A stretch of 64,000 nucleotides of DNA from Candidatus Delongbacteria bacterium (GTDB taxonomy: Bacteria; CAIWAD01): assembly GCA_963663545.1 (NCBI GenBank), contig OY760505.1, positions 325,937-389,936 of the forward strand. Direction: 5' to 3'. Shown here in pieces: positions 49,327 to 59,707 of the stretch. The notes beneath the pieces were generated by a model. It saw only the letters and a program-made list of their open reading frames with translations. It searched no databases and was not told the origin of the DNA. Position numbers and translations under genes: made by a program. Every line of letters begins with the position of its first letter. The first letter of the stretch is position 1.

Positions 49327-49648
49327 GGTGGATCCTTGGCCGTGGAACACCTCTGGACACGAGTGAGCGCGCCACGTAGCTACCACCGCGCGCTGGCAAT
49401 CGGACGATGTCGTGCGTGCAGGTGCATTCGTGGATTCTGCTCCATTTTTCTTGTTGTGCTGCAAGCTTCGCACCAAAGCTGCAACGAGCGCGGCCTTGCT
49501 CGTATGTTCTATAATTTCAATTCATGTCACTTCAGCCTGGAACCTGTCTGCCCGCCGGATTCTCGACATAGATAACAGGAATAGAACAGTATGAATCCAA
49601 CGCAGACATCGGCAGCCTGGGGCGCGAGACGCGGGGTCCCTTCCCCTC

Positions 49649-49737
49649 CCAATCGGTATCCGACTCGCCCCGAGTCGGCGGGATCGCTATCGGTATCGGT
49701 ATCGTTCCCCCTTCCCCCCCCAATCGGTATCATTCTT
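49649..49737. repeat. Palindromic repeat element (CCCAATCGGTATCCGACTCgccccGAGTCGGcgggATCGCTATCGGTATCGGTATCG + partial second copy)
   Basis: Same GATACCGAT/CCGACTC...GAGTCGG architecture as the copies at 4238, 37588, 59708, 61720. Confidence 0.65.
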
Positions 49738-49909
49738 CCTTCTCCTGTTCCTTCGCGTAGATTCCAGCAACAAGCAGGTTTCCGAATCCGACTCCGAAAT
49801 CGACCTGCCCCCGTGACGAGCTGGGTCGGCACCGATCGAGATGAGGAAGTGGATGAGACCACGCATCCCGTGATCTTGAGAGCGAGCCCTGTTCGCTTCG
49901 ATCCTCCCG

Positions 49910-51154
49910 CTACGGGGCCACCGTCCGACAGATACGGAAGCCGAGGTCCTCGCTCGCGTTCCCTGGCAGGGCATTGTAGCGAAAAGCGCAACTCACCGTA
50001 CCTGCATGGGAGTACGACGAATGGCATCCTCCGCGAGCCACCCGTGCACCCCCCTGACTTGGGCCTGCGGGGTTGATCGCGTAGTTCGCATTGGGATAGG
50101 CGGCAAACCAGTCATTGCACCACTCCCAGACGTTGCCTGCTAAATCATGCAAGCCCAGCGCCGCGTCGCCGGCGGGATAGCTGCCTACGGGCGCAGTCCA
50201 GCGCGCGCAGTTACCGTAGTTTGCCTGCAGGCAAGGTGTGGGTACTGTGTCACCCCATGGATAGAGTCGCCTATCGTTGTATTGCGCTGCGTATTCCCAT
50301 TCGGCCTCCGTCGGCAGGCGGTACCCTTCGGCAGCGTATGGATTACCGGGGTCCGGTATTTGTGACCATTGGCCATTGTAATAGGGAGTGAGTCCCTCCA
50401 ACTGACTGCGCCAGTCGCAATAGCAGGCAGCACCGTACCAGGTCACGTGCATGACGGGGTGCGTGGCAGGATCGTACCCGTTCGGATAAGCCGCCCCCGG
50501 ACCTCGGCCCTGCGCGCTGAAAGTACCCTCATGAAGGACAAACTGCGGGGAATCGTAGCGGATCTCGCAATTATCCACCCCTGTGTACCATACCAAAAGG
50601 ATCTGCCCATACTGCACAACCCTCCCACCACTGGCATTTGGTATCACCAGCCCCTGCTCCAGCGCCCACTGCAAAGCCTCCAGGTATTCCTCGTTGGTCA
50701 CTTCGCTACGCCCCAGATAGAAGTATTCCGTCAAGTACACGGCGTGCACGGGCTCGGCCACACCGGTACGCCCCATGACAAAATAGGCGGCCGGCGGCAT
50801 CAGCACCATGCCCTCGGGAGCCGTGTGTTCTGCCAACACGCGCACCACGGCATTCGTGCAGTACAGACTGCCCAGCCAGGCTTGTATGTTGATGGCAGCG
50901 GAGCCATTCCCCGCAGCCACCTCGCCCACATCGCCGCTGGTGTACTCTGCTGGTACGAGCGTGAAAGAGCTTCCGCCATCCAGCGAGAGCTCAAGGCTGA
51001 CGTTGGCGTTCAAATCCGGCATCCAGTAGTGCACTTGTAGCCAGCCGGGTGCATTTGCATCCTGGGAGAAGCTCACGGACATCACGGTCTGCGCGGCGGC
51101 AATCCCCGCCAGCTGGAGCGTCCATAGCAGAGCGATCGCGGTAGTTCGGTTCAT
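49910..51154 (-). CDS. Secreted FGE-sulfatase domain protein, type A (most divergent member; retains two Cys near C-terminus)
   Basis: MNRTTAIALLWTLQLAGIAAAQ; HPVMHVTWYGAACYCDWRS, YRLPTEAEWEYAAQY, HDLAGNVWEWCNDWF, GFRICRTVAP. Confidence 0.7.
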   Translation of the reverse strand: MNRTTAIALLWTLQLAGIAAAQTVMSVSFSQDANAPGWLQVHYWMPDLNANVSLELSLDGGSSFTLVPAEYTSGDVGEVAAGNGSAAINIQAWLGSLYCTNAVVRVLAEHTAPEGMVLMPPAAYFVMGRTGVAEPVHAVYLTEYFYLGRSEVTNEEYLEALQWALEQGLVIPNASGGRVVQYGQILLVWYTGVDNCEIRYDSPQFVLHEGTFSAQGRGPGAAYPNGYDPATHPVMHVTWYGAACYCDWRSQLEGLTPYYNGQWSQIPDPGNPYAAEGYRLPTEAEWEYAAQYNDRRLYPWGDTVPTPCLQANYGNCARWTAPVGSYPAGDAALGLHDLAGNVWEWCNDWFAAYPNANYAINPAGPSQGGARVARGGCHSSYSHAGTVSCAFRYNALPGNASEDLGFRICRTVAP

Positions 51155-51163
51155 GCTTCCCCC

Positions 51164-51838
51164 CTACTTCAGCAAGGTGATTTTGTGCTGGGCGACGCAA
51201 TCACCCGCTTGCAGACGCACAATGTAGATGCCGCTGGCCAGCGCGCTTCCGTCAAAGAGCGCCTGGTGCTCGCCGCTGTCCTGCAGGCCGTGAACCAAAT
51301 CCGCTACCCGCTGACCGCGCAGGTTGTAGACGCAGAGAGAAGCCTCCTCAGTCTGCGCCAGCGAATAGTAGATCACCGTGCCGGGATTGAAAGGGTTTGG
51401 ATGTGCGCCTGAAAGGGCAAAGCTGGCCGGTTGGTAGTCCGCAGAGGCAACGTCCTCTCCGATGACTTCGAACTCCGTCGACCAGAGCTCGCCTGCATTG
51501 CCGCAGGCGTCCTGTACGTGGAAGTGAAACTGGTAGATACCCAGCTCCAGCTCACAGGGCCAGTTGAAGTTGGCGCCGTAGCCCATGGTTGTGTGCACGG
51601 GAACGCTGAGGCCAGCGCCCTCGGCAGTAATCGTGACCAGCGGCGCCTGAGCGCTCTGATCTGACACGCTGTACTCGACGTACACCTGTGTGCCAACCAC
51701 GATCTGCGCGTCCAGCACGCTGACCATCGTAATCTGTGGCGCGACGGTGTCAATGACGCCGGGCGCGCTGTCGGCGTAACTGGCAAACAGTGCCGGACAA
51801 GCAAACAGGGCCGTCAGCACGAAAGTGCGGCAGTGCAT
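51164..51838 (-). CDS. Small secreted Ig-like protein with T9SS sorting domain (FGE partner)
   Basis: MHCRTFVLTALFACPALFA; ...GIYIVRLQAGDCVAQHKITLLK. Confidence 0.7.
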   Translation of the reverse strand: MHCRTFVLTALFACPALFASYADSAPGVIDTVAPQITMVSVLDAQIVVGTQVYVEYSVSDQSAQAPLVTITAEGAGLSVPVHTTMGYGANFNWPCELELGIYQFHFHVQDACGNAGELWSTEFEVIGEDVASADYQPASFALSGAHPNPFNPGTVIYYSLAQTEEASLCVYNLRGQRVADLVHGLQDSGEHQALFDGSALASGIYIVRLQAGDCVAQHKITLLK

Positions 51839-52094
51839 ACTCTCTCCTCAAATGCGGATGTCCTCCTGCGAGGCCTGCTGCGGGAAGATCAATTGCTTGC
51901 TGATGATGGAATCGGATTCTGCCGCGCACAGCACATGCAAGCTTCGTACCAAAACAGCCCAGGAGATAAGACAACCCTTAATCTCTATCTAAACAAGCAG
52001 TTCCAATGAATAGTACCGGGTGTTCACTCCGAGCCAGCAAGCACATATGTCGGATTTATAACAAGATTCTCGGCAGACTGAACAAGGCTGCAGG

Positions 52095-53316
52095 CTACTC
52101 GGCCGCTTTAGCACACGGAAGCCCAGATAGTCCTTTGCGTAGGGTGGAGAATAGCTGACCCGATAGGCGCATTTCACGTAGGACGCAGTGGCCTTCCCAG
52201 GTACCACCCCGGAAGAAGCGGGCAGAGCCGGTGCTTGCACCGAGGGGGTCGGACGCGGCACTCGAGGGATAAACCCCATAACAGTCGCCACACCACTCAG
52301 CGATGTTACCCGCTATATCATGCAAGCCCAAGGTGCTGCCCCCACAGGATAGCTGCCCACGGGTGCTGTCCAGCCCACACACCTGGCCATGTCTGCATGG
52401 ACGCACTCCACGGGTAAGTCATTGCCCCATGGATAGGTACGTTCGTTCTCTTACCGCACCGCGTACTCCCACTCCGCTTCTGTTGGCAGTCGGTAGCCAT
52501 CGGCCAGGTAGGGGTTGTGGCTGGTTGTCTGATCCCAGACTCCATAATAGAAGGGCGACAAGCCTTCTCTTTGGCTGCGCCAATCGCAGTAGCAGGCGGA
52601 ACCGTACCAAGTGACATACTTCGCAGGATGTGATGCGGGATCATAACCTTCTGGATAGGCTGCCCCTGGGCCGGAGATCCCATTGACGTAGGTTCCTGCT
52701 TGTAGGAAAAACAGCTGCGAGCTGCTATTGAATTGAATCTCGCACCGATCAGCAGCAGTTCATCGATGCCCAGCAGGTCCTGTCCGTACTGGCACACGTA
52801 CTCCCCATCTTCAGAAATCGTCAACAATCCCTGAACCCAGGCCCATTGCACAGCTGCCAGGTACTCCTGATTGCTCACCTCATACTGGCCAATCAGGAAG
52901 TCATGGGTCAGGGTCACTTAGTGTTCCGGCGGAGCCACGCCATTCTGCCCCATCATGCAGCCGCCAGCAGGGATGAGAACCATGGCTGCTTCATCGATCG
53001 CCGCTCGCACGTGGAAGGTGCGCGCCAGGTTCGAGCGCACACGGCCAGGCTGGCGCCAGCGCAGGTGCAATTCAAAGCCACAGTCCGTGATTGTAGCCAG
53101 CAGGAAATCCTCCACCCAGGTAGAACTACGCGGATTGCGGTAGTAGACTTGATACTGCGTGGCACCAGTGACGCAGGGCCACTGAAGCTGGACAAGCGCG
53201 CTATCCGTCCCCTCGATGCACTGCGCAGCAACACTTATCTGCGGAGCTTCCAGAGCACAGGCGACTCCTGCTGTCAGCAGCAGGAGCACCCCAACCAGTT
53301 GCTTCAAGCGTGTCAT
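52095..53316 (-). pseudogene. FGE-sulfatase domain pseudogene (copy of 53483..54715 with nonsense mutation and frameshifts)
   Basis: Split into three ORFs (52918..53316, 52318..52917, 52095..52406). In-frame TAA at ~52918 where the intact paralog has CAG. Remaining sequence ~85-90% identical to the neighbour. Confidence 0.7.
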
Positions 53317-53482
53317 TTCCAGCTCTTCGTTTGTTGCCCCCTCGTGTTGCCAGCAGTCCGGTCAAAGGGTTCCAAAGACCTATCGATCACTGACTTCTTG
53401 ACGCCAGGTGCTGTTCTCCCAGCAGTGGCCAATCGCGGCTCACGCTATTCCCAAGGCAGAAGTTCAGGGTGCGCGCACTCGA

Positions 53483-54715
53483 TCATGGCGTGGCCAGCCG
53501 GCAGATACGAAAGCCATGGCGGGGGTGCCAACTTGACGGGCCTTGAGCTTCGCGATAGGCACAGCGCAAGTAGAAGGTGCTGCAGAGCCAGTCCCCGCCT
53601 CGCACCAAGCGATTGAGGCCAGCATCCGAACCGCAAGGATCCACTTGGGCGTCGCTGCTATAGACAGCAAACCGGTCGTTGCACCACTCCCCCACATTGC
53701 CCGCCATGTCCAGCAAACCCAAAGCGTTCGCACCTGTCGGGTAGCTGCCCACGGGTGTCGTCCACCCCACACAATAGCCATTTAGACGAAAGTTCGCCCC
53801 ACTAAGATCCGGTGTATCCTCGCCCCAAGGGTAAGTACGTTCGTCACTGTATTGCGCCGCATATTCCCATTCTGCTTCCGTCGGCAGGCGATAACCTAGG
53901 GCCAAGTATGGATTGTGACCGGCAGACTGATCCCAGACTCCACTGTAGAAAGGTGTTAATCCCACCATTTGGCTGCGCCAGTCGCAGTAGCAGGCGGCGC
54001 CGTACCAGGTGACTGACTTCACAGGATGCGGTGCCGGATCGTAGCCTCCAGGATAGGCTGCCCCCGGCCCATAGATATCATCTGCGTAGGTCCCTGCATA
54101 AAGGAAAAACAACTGTGTGTCGACGTCGAATCGAATTTCGCACCAGTCAGAAATGTCATCGTTGATGTTCAGGAGGTTCTGGCCGTACTGACATACAAAG
54201 TTCCCATACGCGGAGATCGTCAACAACCCCCGATCCCAGGCCCACTGTAAAGCTTCCAAGTACTCCTGGTTGGTCACCTCGTACTGGCCCAAGTAGAAGT
54301 TGTGGGTCAAGGTTACCTGGTGCTCGGGTGTGGATACGCCGTTCTGGCCCATGACGAACTGCCCGGCGGGAACAAGAACCATGGCTGCTTCATCGATCGC
54401 CGCTCGCACGTTGAAGGTGCGCGCCAAGCTCGGGCGCACACGGCCAAGCTGGCGCCAGCGCAGGCGCAATTCATAGTCACAGTCCGTGGTCGTAGCCAGC
54501 AGAGAATCCTCCACCCAAGTAGAACTACGCGGATTGCGGTAGTAAACTTGATACTGCGTGGCACCGCTGACGCAGGGCCACTGAAGCTGGACAAGCACGC
54601 TGTCCGTCCCCTCGATGCACTGCGCAGTAACACTTACCTGCGGAGCTTCCAGAGCACAGGCAACTCCTGCAGTCAGCAGCAGGATCACCCCGACCAGTTG
54701 CTTCAAGCATGTCAT
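53483..54715 (-). CDS. Secreted FGE-sulfatase domain protein, type B
   Basis: Start set at MTCLKQLVGVILLLTAGVACA. HPVKSVTWYGAACYCDWRS, YRLPTEAEWEYAAQY, LDMAGNVGEWCNDRF, GFRICRLATP. Confidence 0.7.
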   Translation of the reverse strand: MTCLKQLVGVILLLTAGVACALEAPQVSVTAQCIEGTDSVLVQLQWPCVSGATQYQVYYRNPRSSTWVEDSLLATTTDCDYELRLRWRQLGRVRPSLARTFNVRAAIDEAAMVLVPAGQFVMGQNGVSTPEHQVTLTHNFYLGQYEVTNQEYLEALQWAWDRGLLTISAYGNFVCQYGQNLLNINDDISDWCEIRFDVDTQLFFLYAGTYADDIYGPGAAYPGGYDPAPHPVKSVTWYGAACYCDWRSQMVGLTPFYSGVWDQSAGHNPYLALGYRLPTEAEWEYAAQYSDERTYPWGEDTPDLSGANFRLNGYCVGWTTPVGSYPTGANALGLLDMAGNVGEWCNDRFAVYSSDAQVDPCGSDAGLNRLVRGGDWLCSTFYLRCAYREAQGPSSWHPRHGFRICRLATP

Positions 54716-55069
54716 ATCCAGTCCTTTGTTTGTTGACCTCTCGTGTTGCCGGGCGCTTGGAGCCACAGAAAGTGAACACGCCCTCTCCTGCAATGAAAAA
54801 TGATTCAGCAGTTTTTATGCCAGTTCTGACGCAGGGGAATTGAAGTAATCACTTTAAATAACAACAGCTTGTTACGAAGTGAATTGATCCAAATCTGGAA
54901 AAGTGTTCAATCCGCCTGAAACAGAACAAGTATTCTGTTTGGTAGCCCCCAAAGCCAGCTGACCGCAGCGTGGCACGCGGGGCACGTGTGCTTGTAAAGC
55001 ATGTGCATTGAACGCTACCCTATCTGTAGAAAGCTGCAGATGGCGCGGAATCTGTGCTGGCTGGCGTAA

Positions 55070-56182
55070 GTGTTGCCCCCTGACTGCATTTCCTCCAGCC
55101 TGAGGTCTTCCACGATGCCAGCGCAATGGCACAATCTGCATCAGAAGAGTTGCAGCAGGCAAATCGAGCAATCTTCCTATCTTGATGAAGTTCGCGTTGT
55201 GATACATGGAGATGTCGTGCAAGCCATTCCTCCGCTTTTCCCGCTTGATGATTGGAAGGATAGCCGCTACCGTCGCGATTTCCCGCGCGTCCCCGAATTA
55301 GTCAACGAGCTGCCCGACGGCCTGCGCAACCGCATCTTCGCGGGCGACTGTGCAGAGCTGTTCGCCCGGCTTCCCGACAACAGCATCGACCTGATCCTCA
55401 CCGACCCGCCTTACAAGGACTACCAGTCCAACCGGCCCGTAGCGCGCGAAAAGGTGAAGAAGATCCACGTCAATACCTTTGACCTGGGGCTCTTCATTCG
55501 CGAATCCAACCGTGTATTAAAGCCGGGCGCGCACTTCTACTGCTGGTGCGATCATCTGACCTTCGCGGGTATTTATGAGGAGCTGCGCGCACTGACAGCT
55601 GGCCTCACCTCCAAGGAAGCGCGCAACCATCTGCACTACAAGAACATGCTGGTCTGGGTCAAGAACAACCACGGCTCAGGCGACCTGAAGGGCAATTATG
55701 CGCCGCAGCACGAGGTCGTGATCTACGGAGCCAAGGGCGCGACGCGGCCCCTGATCGGTAGTCGCCCCACCAACGTCTTCTTCGATCGCGACGAGCAAGG
55801 CAACATCAGCTTCTATAGCAAGGTCAGCAACTACCGTTTTCAGCACGGCACCAGCAAGCCGCTGGCCATTCTGCGGCAGATGATCCTGAAGAGCACGCAT
55901 TTGGGCGAAGTGGTGCTGGACCCCTACGGCGGCAGCATGTCCACCGCCGAGGCCGCCATGGAAGAGGGCCGCGCGTTTATCATGGGCGAACTGGACGGCG
56001 ATCACTGTCGACGCGGGCTGGAACGTTTGCAGGAAGTACGCGAGCGTCTGTTGGCAGGTGGGCATCCAGACCGCTTTCCGGGGCTTGAGCTGATTGAGAT
56101 GGATCAGCCAGTCGAAACACATCCACTGCTGTTCGCACCGGATGAAATTGCCGCTCAACCCATTCAGATTCCTAGCGCATAG
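55070..56182 (+). CDS. Beta-class N6-adenine/N4-cytosine DNA methyltransferase (orphan)
   Basis: Motif IV IDLILTDPPYKD precedes motif I VVLDPYGGSMSTAEAA (beta-class order). No adjacent endonuclease ORF. The true start may be an internal Met (~55115). Confidence 0.7.
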   Translation: MLPPDCISSSLRSSTMPAQWHNLHQKSCSRQIEQSSYLDEVRVVIHGDVVQAIPPLFPLDDWKDSRYRRDFPRVPELVNELPDGLRNRIFAGDCAELFARLPDNSIDLILTDPPYKDYQSNRPVAREKVKKIHVNTFDLGLFIRESNRVLKPGAHFYCWCDHLTFAGIYEELRALTAGLTSKEARNHLHYKNMLVWVKNNHGSGDLKGNYAPQHEVVIYGAKGATRPLIGSRPTNVFFDRDEQGNISFYSKVSNYRFQHGTSKPLAILRQMILKSTHLGEVVLDPYGGSMSTAEAAMEEGRAFIMGELDGDHCRRGLERLQEVRERLLAGGHPDRFPGLELIEMDQPVETHPLLFAPDEIAAQPIQIPSA

Positions 56183-56248
56183 TGAGCTACCGGCAAAGCT
56201 AAAGGTTGGCAGGCTGGACAGATCCGGCGTTGAGGTGCCAGAGGGGGG

Positions 56249-57598
56249 TCAGACACTGCTCTGACACGGGTCAGACACCAACTCCCCCAAAACCACTTCG
56301 CCCTCCACCCGCATCAGCCGCACATTCCACACGCACCCTGCTACTTCCGCTACGTTCTCCGGTGATACATTCACCTTCACTCGAAGATAGTTGGAAGTGA
56401 AGCCACTCAGTGCCCCATCTCGAAAGTCGCGCTCCAGCAGCACGCGCTGGGTCGATCCCAGCCAACGCTGCTGCCAGTCCGCCTTTTTCTTCCTGCCCAA
56501 CTCCAGCAGCTGATTCGCGCGCTCCTTGCGTATCACGCGAGGTACGACTTCGCTCATCTCGACAGCGCGAGTTCCCTTGCGCTCGCTGTAGGGAAACACA
56601 TGCAGATTGGAAAAGGGCACACGTTGAATCATGTCCACCGTGGCGGCGAAATCCGCATCGTTCTCGCCGGGGAAACCTGTCATGACATCGGTGCCCAGAC
56701 CGATGTGCGGAATGCGTGAACCAATCTCCTCGAAGAGATCCAGCAGACCCCGCCGCGTGATACGCCGCCTCATGCGCTTCAGCACACGCGCGCTGCCCGA
56801 TTGGATGGCCGTGTGCAGGTGAGCGCACAGACGCGGCTCCCCGGCCATCAACTCAATCAGCTCGTGTGATACATCCCAGGGTTCAATGGACGACAACCGT
56901 AGGCGCTTCAGATCCGGCAGCTGCAGCAGGCACTTGCAGAGCTCCGTCAGCGTGATCCCCCCAGGCAGGTCGCGGCCATAGTCGCCAATGTGTACGCCCG
57001 TCAACACGAGCTCCGGATGTCCTGCCGCCACAAGGCGACTCGCCTGCGCCAGGACCTCGCCCGGAATCAGACTGCGGCTGCGCCCTCGTGTCAGCGGCAC
57101 AATGCAGTAACTGCAGAAAACATCGCAGCCGTCCTGCACTTTGAGAAAAGCACGCGTCTGCTTGTGAAAGGCGCCAACAGGCAACAGCCTGCGCTCTTCA
57201 CGGCTGGCGCTGGGACCGACGATCACTTGCGCCTGCGCTTGTTTGCCGTGATACAATCCAAGATGCTCAAGCAGTTGGCCCTTCTCCAGATTGCCCAGCA
57301 CCAGATCCACACCCTCAATGGCAGCGATCTCTTCTGCAGCCACCTGGCAGTAACAGCCCGTCACGACCATCATCGCCTCGGGATACCTGCGCAGCGCGGC
57401 GCGTATCACCTGACGCGCTTTCTGATCTGCGCGATCCGTGACGGTGCACGTGTCCACCAGCAGCAGCTCGGCCTCTGTGTGCCAAGGCACAATCTCCCAA
57501 CCGGCCCGGCTGAGCTGTTCCAACATGGCTTCCGTCTCGTAGGTGTTGAGCTTGCAGCCTAGGCTATAGGCGCTCGCTCGCAGCACAGGCGCACTCAT
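56249..57598 (-). CDS. Radical-SAM methylthiotransferase of the MiaB/RimO/MtaB family (MtaB-like)
   Basis: N-terminal methylthiotransferase domain Cys (LGCKLN, DTCTVT, TGCY), radical-SAM CDVFCSYCIVP, C-terminal TRAM-like region. Confidence 0.75.
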   Translation of the reverse strand: MSAPVLRASAYSLGCKLNTYETEAMLEQLSRAGWEIVPWHTEAELLLVDTCTVTDRADQKARQVIRAALRRYPEAMMVVTGCYCQVAAEEIAAIEGVDLVLGNLEKGQLLEHLGLYHGKQAQAQVIVGPSASREERRLLPVGAFHKQTRAFLKVQDGCDVFCSYCIVPLTRGRSRSLIPGEVLAQASRLVAAGHPELVLTGVHIGDYGRDLPGGITLTELCKCLLQLPDLKRLRLSSIEPWDVSHELIELMAGEPRLCAHLHTAIQSGSARVLKRMRRRITRRGLLDLFEEIGSRIPHIGLGTDVMTGFPGENDADFAATVDMIQRVPFSNLHVFPYSERKGTRAVEMSEVVPRVIRKERANQLLELGRKKKADWQQRWLGSTQRVLLERDFRDGALSGFTSNYLRVKVNVSPENVAEVAGCVWNVRLMRVEGEVVLGELVSDPCQSSV

Positions 57599-57666
57599 GG
57601 CAGCTCCAGAAAAAAGCCGGCCCGCAGAGAGCGGACCGGCTGGATCACATGATTGTGCGACGGGGA

Positions 57667-59529
57667 CTATTCCTCGTCGTCACTCATCAGACCGGCCTTG
57701 CGCAGAGCGTCGCCCATGGCACCGCCAGCACCACTGCCACTATTGCTGGCGGCGGGCGCAGACTGGTTCTTGCGGGAGTATTCGGCCACGGCCTGGGTCT
57801 CGTCGTTCAGACGCGGCGGAGTGGCCAGAATGACCTTCTTGTTGTTGCGATCGTACTCGATGATTTTGAAGGTCGAGGTCTCGCCCTCATTGAACTGGAC
57901 CTTGTTGCCCTCGTCATCGGTCTGACGCAGCTTACTGTTGGGAACGAAGCCTTCGAGGCCGTGCGGCAGGGTCACAACAAGACCCTTGTCGATAACCTTG
58001 GTGATCTCGCACTCGGCCATGCTGCCCACGTTGTACTCGCCTTCGAACTTCTCCCAGGGATTCTCCTCGAGCTGCTTGACACCCAGCGCGATGCGACGCT
58101 CGTCGCGATCGAACTGCAGCACCTGCACCTGAAGCTCCTGGTCCTTCTTGACCAGCTCGCCCGGGTGACGCAGCTTGCGGGTCCAGGAAAGGTCGCTGAT
58201 GTGCACCAGGCCCTCGATGCCAGCTTCCAACTCGACGAACACGCCGAAGGGAACCAGGTCACGCACGACGCCGGTGTGCACCGTACCAATGGCGTACTTC
58301 TCAGCCAGCTCTTCCCAGGGATTGGGCTCGGTCTGCTTGAGACCCAGGCTGATCTTGCGCTCTTCCTTGCGCACCTCGAGCACCATCACCTCGACCTCCT
58401 GGCCGACGCTCAGAATCTGACTCGGATGCTTGACGTGCTGGGTCCAGCTCATCTCGCTGATATGAATCAGGCCCTCGATACCCTCGGAAAGCTCCACAAA
58501 GGCACCGTAGCGGGTCAGGCTGACCACCTTGCCCTGAACGCGCTCGCCCACCGGATAACGCTCGTCGACGTCGTTCCAGGGGTGCGGCTGCAGTTGCTTG
58601 AGGCCGATGGAAATGCGATTCCGGTCGCGATCGAAGTTGAGCACCTTGACGGTGATCTTCTGATCCAGCTTGACCACGTCGGAAGGATGATTGACACGAC
58701 CCCAGGACAGGTCGGTGATGTGCAACAGTCCGTCCACACCGCCCAGGTCGACGAAGACGCCGAAGTTGGTGATGTTCTTGACCACACCCTCGCGGATCTG
58801 GCCGACTTCCAGCTCGCCCAGGACCTTCTCGCGGATCTCGCGCATGTCCTCTTCGATGAGCACCTTGCGGCTGACGACGATGTTCTTGCGCGCGTCGTTA
58901 ATCTTGACGATACGGAAGTCCATCTTCTTGCCGATGAGGCCGTCGAAGTCGCGGACCGGATGAATGTCGATCTGGCTGCCGGGCAGGAAGGCGTCGATAC
59001 CCATCAGGTCGACCACGAGGCCGCCCTTGATGCGACGAATGACCTTACCCTCGATCACGGCACTGTCGTTCTCGAGCGTCTTCAGGGACATCCAGGTGCG
59101 CTCCACGTCGGCGCGCTTCTTGGATAGCATCAGCGTGCCGCCGGGACCTTCGAACTTCTCGATGAAGACTTCGATGGTGTCGCCGATGGTCAGCGCCTTG
59201 GGATCGTCAAACTCGTCCAGGGGAACCCAACCTTCGGACTTAAAGCCGATGTCCACTGCCACGTCACGATCGGTGATGTTGACAATGCGGCCCTCGGAGA
59301 TCGAATTCTCCTGGTTGTCCTTGAAGGTCTCGTTGTACAGGGCTTCCAACTGGTCCCGCTCATTGGCGGAGTAGGAATACTCTTCCGCAAAGAGGTCTTC
59401 GTCGCTCAGCTCAAACTCGGACTTCACGGGTGTCTTGGCGGCTGCTGCAACCGGCTGGGTCGCTTCAACCTGCGGGGTGGCCTCTACCGGGGTCTCTTCC
59501 GGTGCGGGATTCCTGGTTTCTTCGGACAT
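57667..59529 (-). CDS. rpsA: 30S ribosomal protein S1
   Basis: Six consecutive S1 domains (…GEGLIHISEMSW…, …GLVHISDLSW…) and an acidic C-terminus. Confidence 0.9.
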   Translation of the reverse strand: MSEETRNPAPEETPVEATPQVEATQPVAAAAKTPVKSEFELSDEDLFAEEYSYSANERDQLEALYNETFKDNQENSISEGRIVNITDRDVAVDIGFKSEGWVPLDEFDDPKALTIGDTIEVFIEKFEGPGGTLMLSKKRADVERTWMSLKTLENDSAVIEGKVIRRIKGGLVVDLMGIDAFLPGSQIDIHPVRDFDGLIGKKMDFRIVKINDARKNIVVSRKVLIEEDMREIREKVLGELEVGQIREGVVKNITNFGVFVDLGGVDGLLHITDLSWGRVNHPSDVVKLDQKITVKVLNFDRDRNRISIGLKQLQPHPWNDVDERYPVGERVQGKVVSLTRYGAFVELSEGIEGLIHISEMSWTQHVKHPSQILSVGQEVEVMVLEVRKEERKISLGLKQTEPNPWEELAEKYAIGTVHTGVVRDLVPFGVFVELEAGIEGLVHISDLSWTRKLRHPGELVKKDQELQVQVLQFDRDERRIALGVKQLEENPWEKFEGEYNVGSMAECEITKVIDKGLVVTLPHGLEGFVPNSKLRQTDDEGNKVQFNEGETSTFKIIEYDRNNKKVILATPPRLNDETQAVAEYSRKNQSAPAASNSGSGAGGAMGDALRKAGLMSDDEE

Positions 59530-59660
59530 CAGGGTTGTTCCTTACTTGCTTCGTTTGGGGTTGTACTCGCCCGACCGCGCCCAGTTCGCGAGCGGGGAAA
59601 CCGCATAGTATAACACATGAAGATGGAATATGCCGCAAGTTCTCTCATACAATAGGAAAG

Positions 59661-59679
59661 GGCCGGTTGCCCGGCCCAT
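59661..59679 (-). terminator. Perfect GC hairpin gggccgg-ttgc-ccggccc downstream of the LTD gene
   Basis: 7-bp perfect stem; on the minus strand it is followed by tttcctattg. Confidence 0.5.
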
Positions 59680-59707
59680 AGTTGATTGCGTCAATCCGTT
59701 TGGATCA

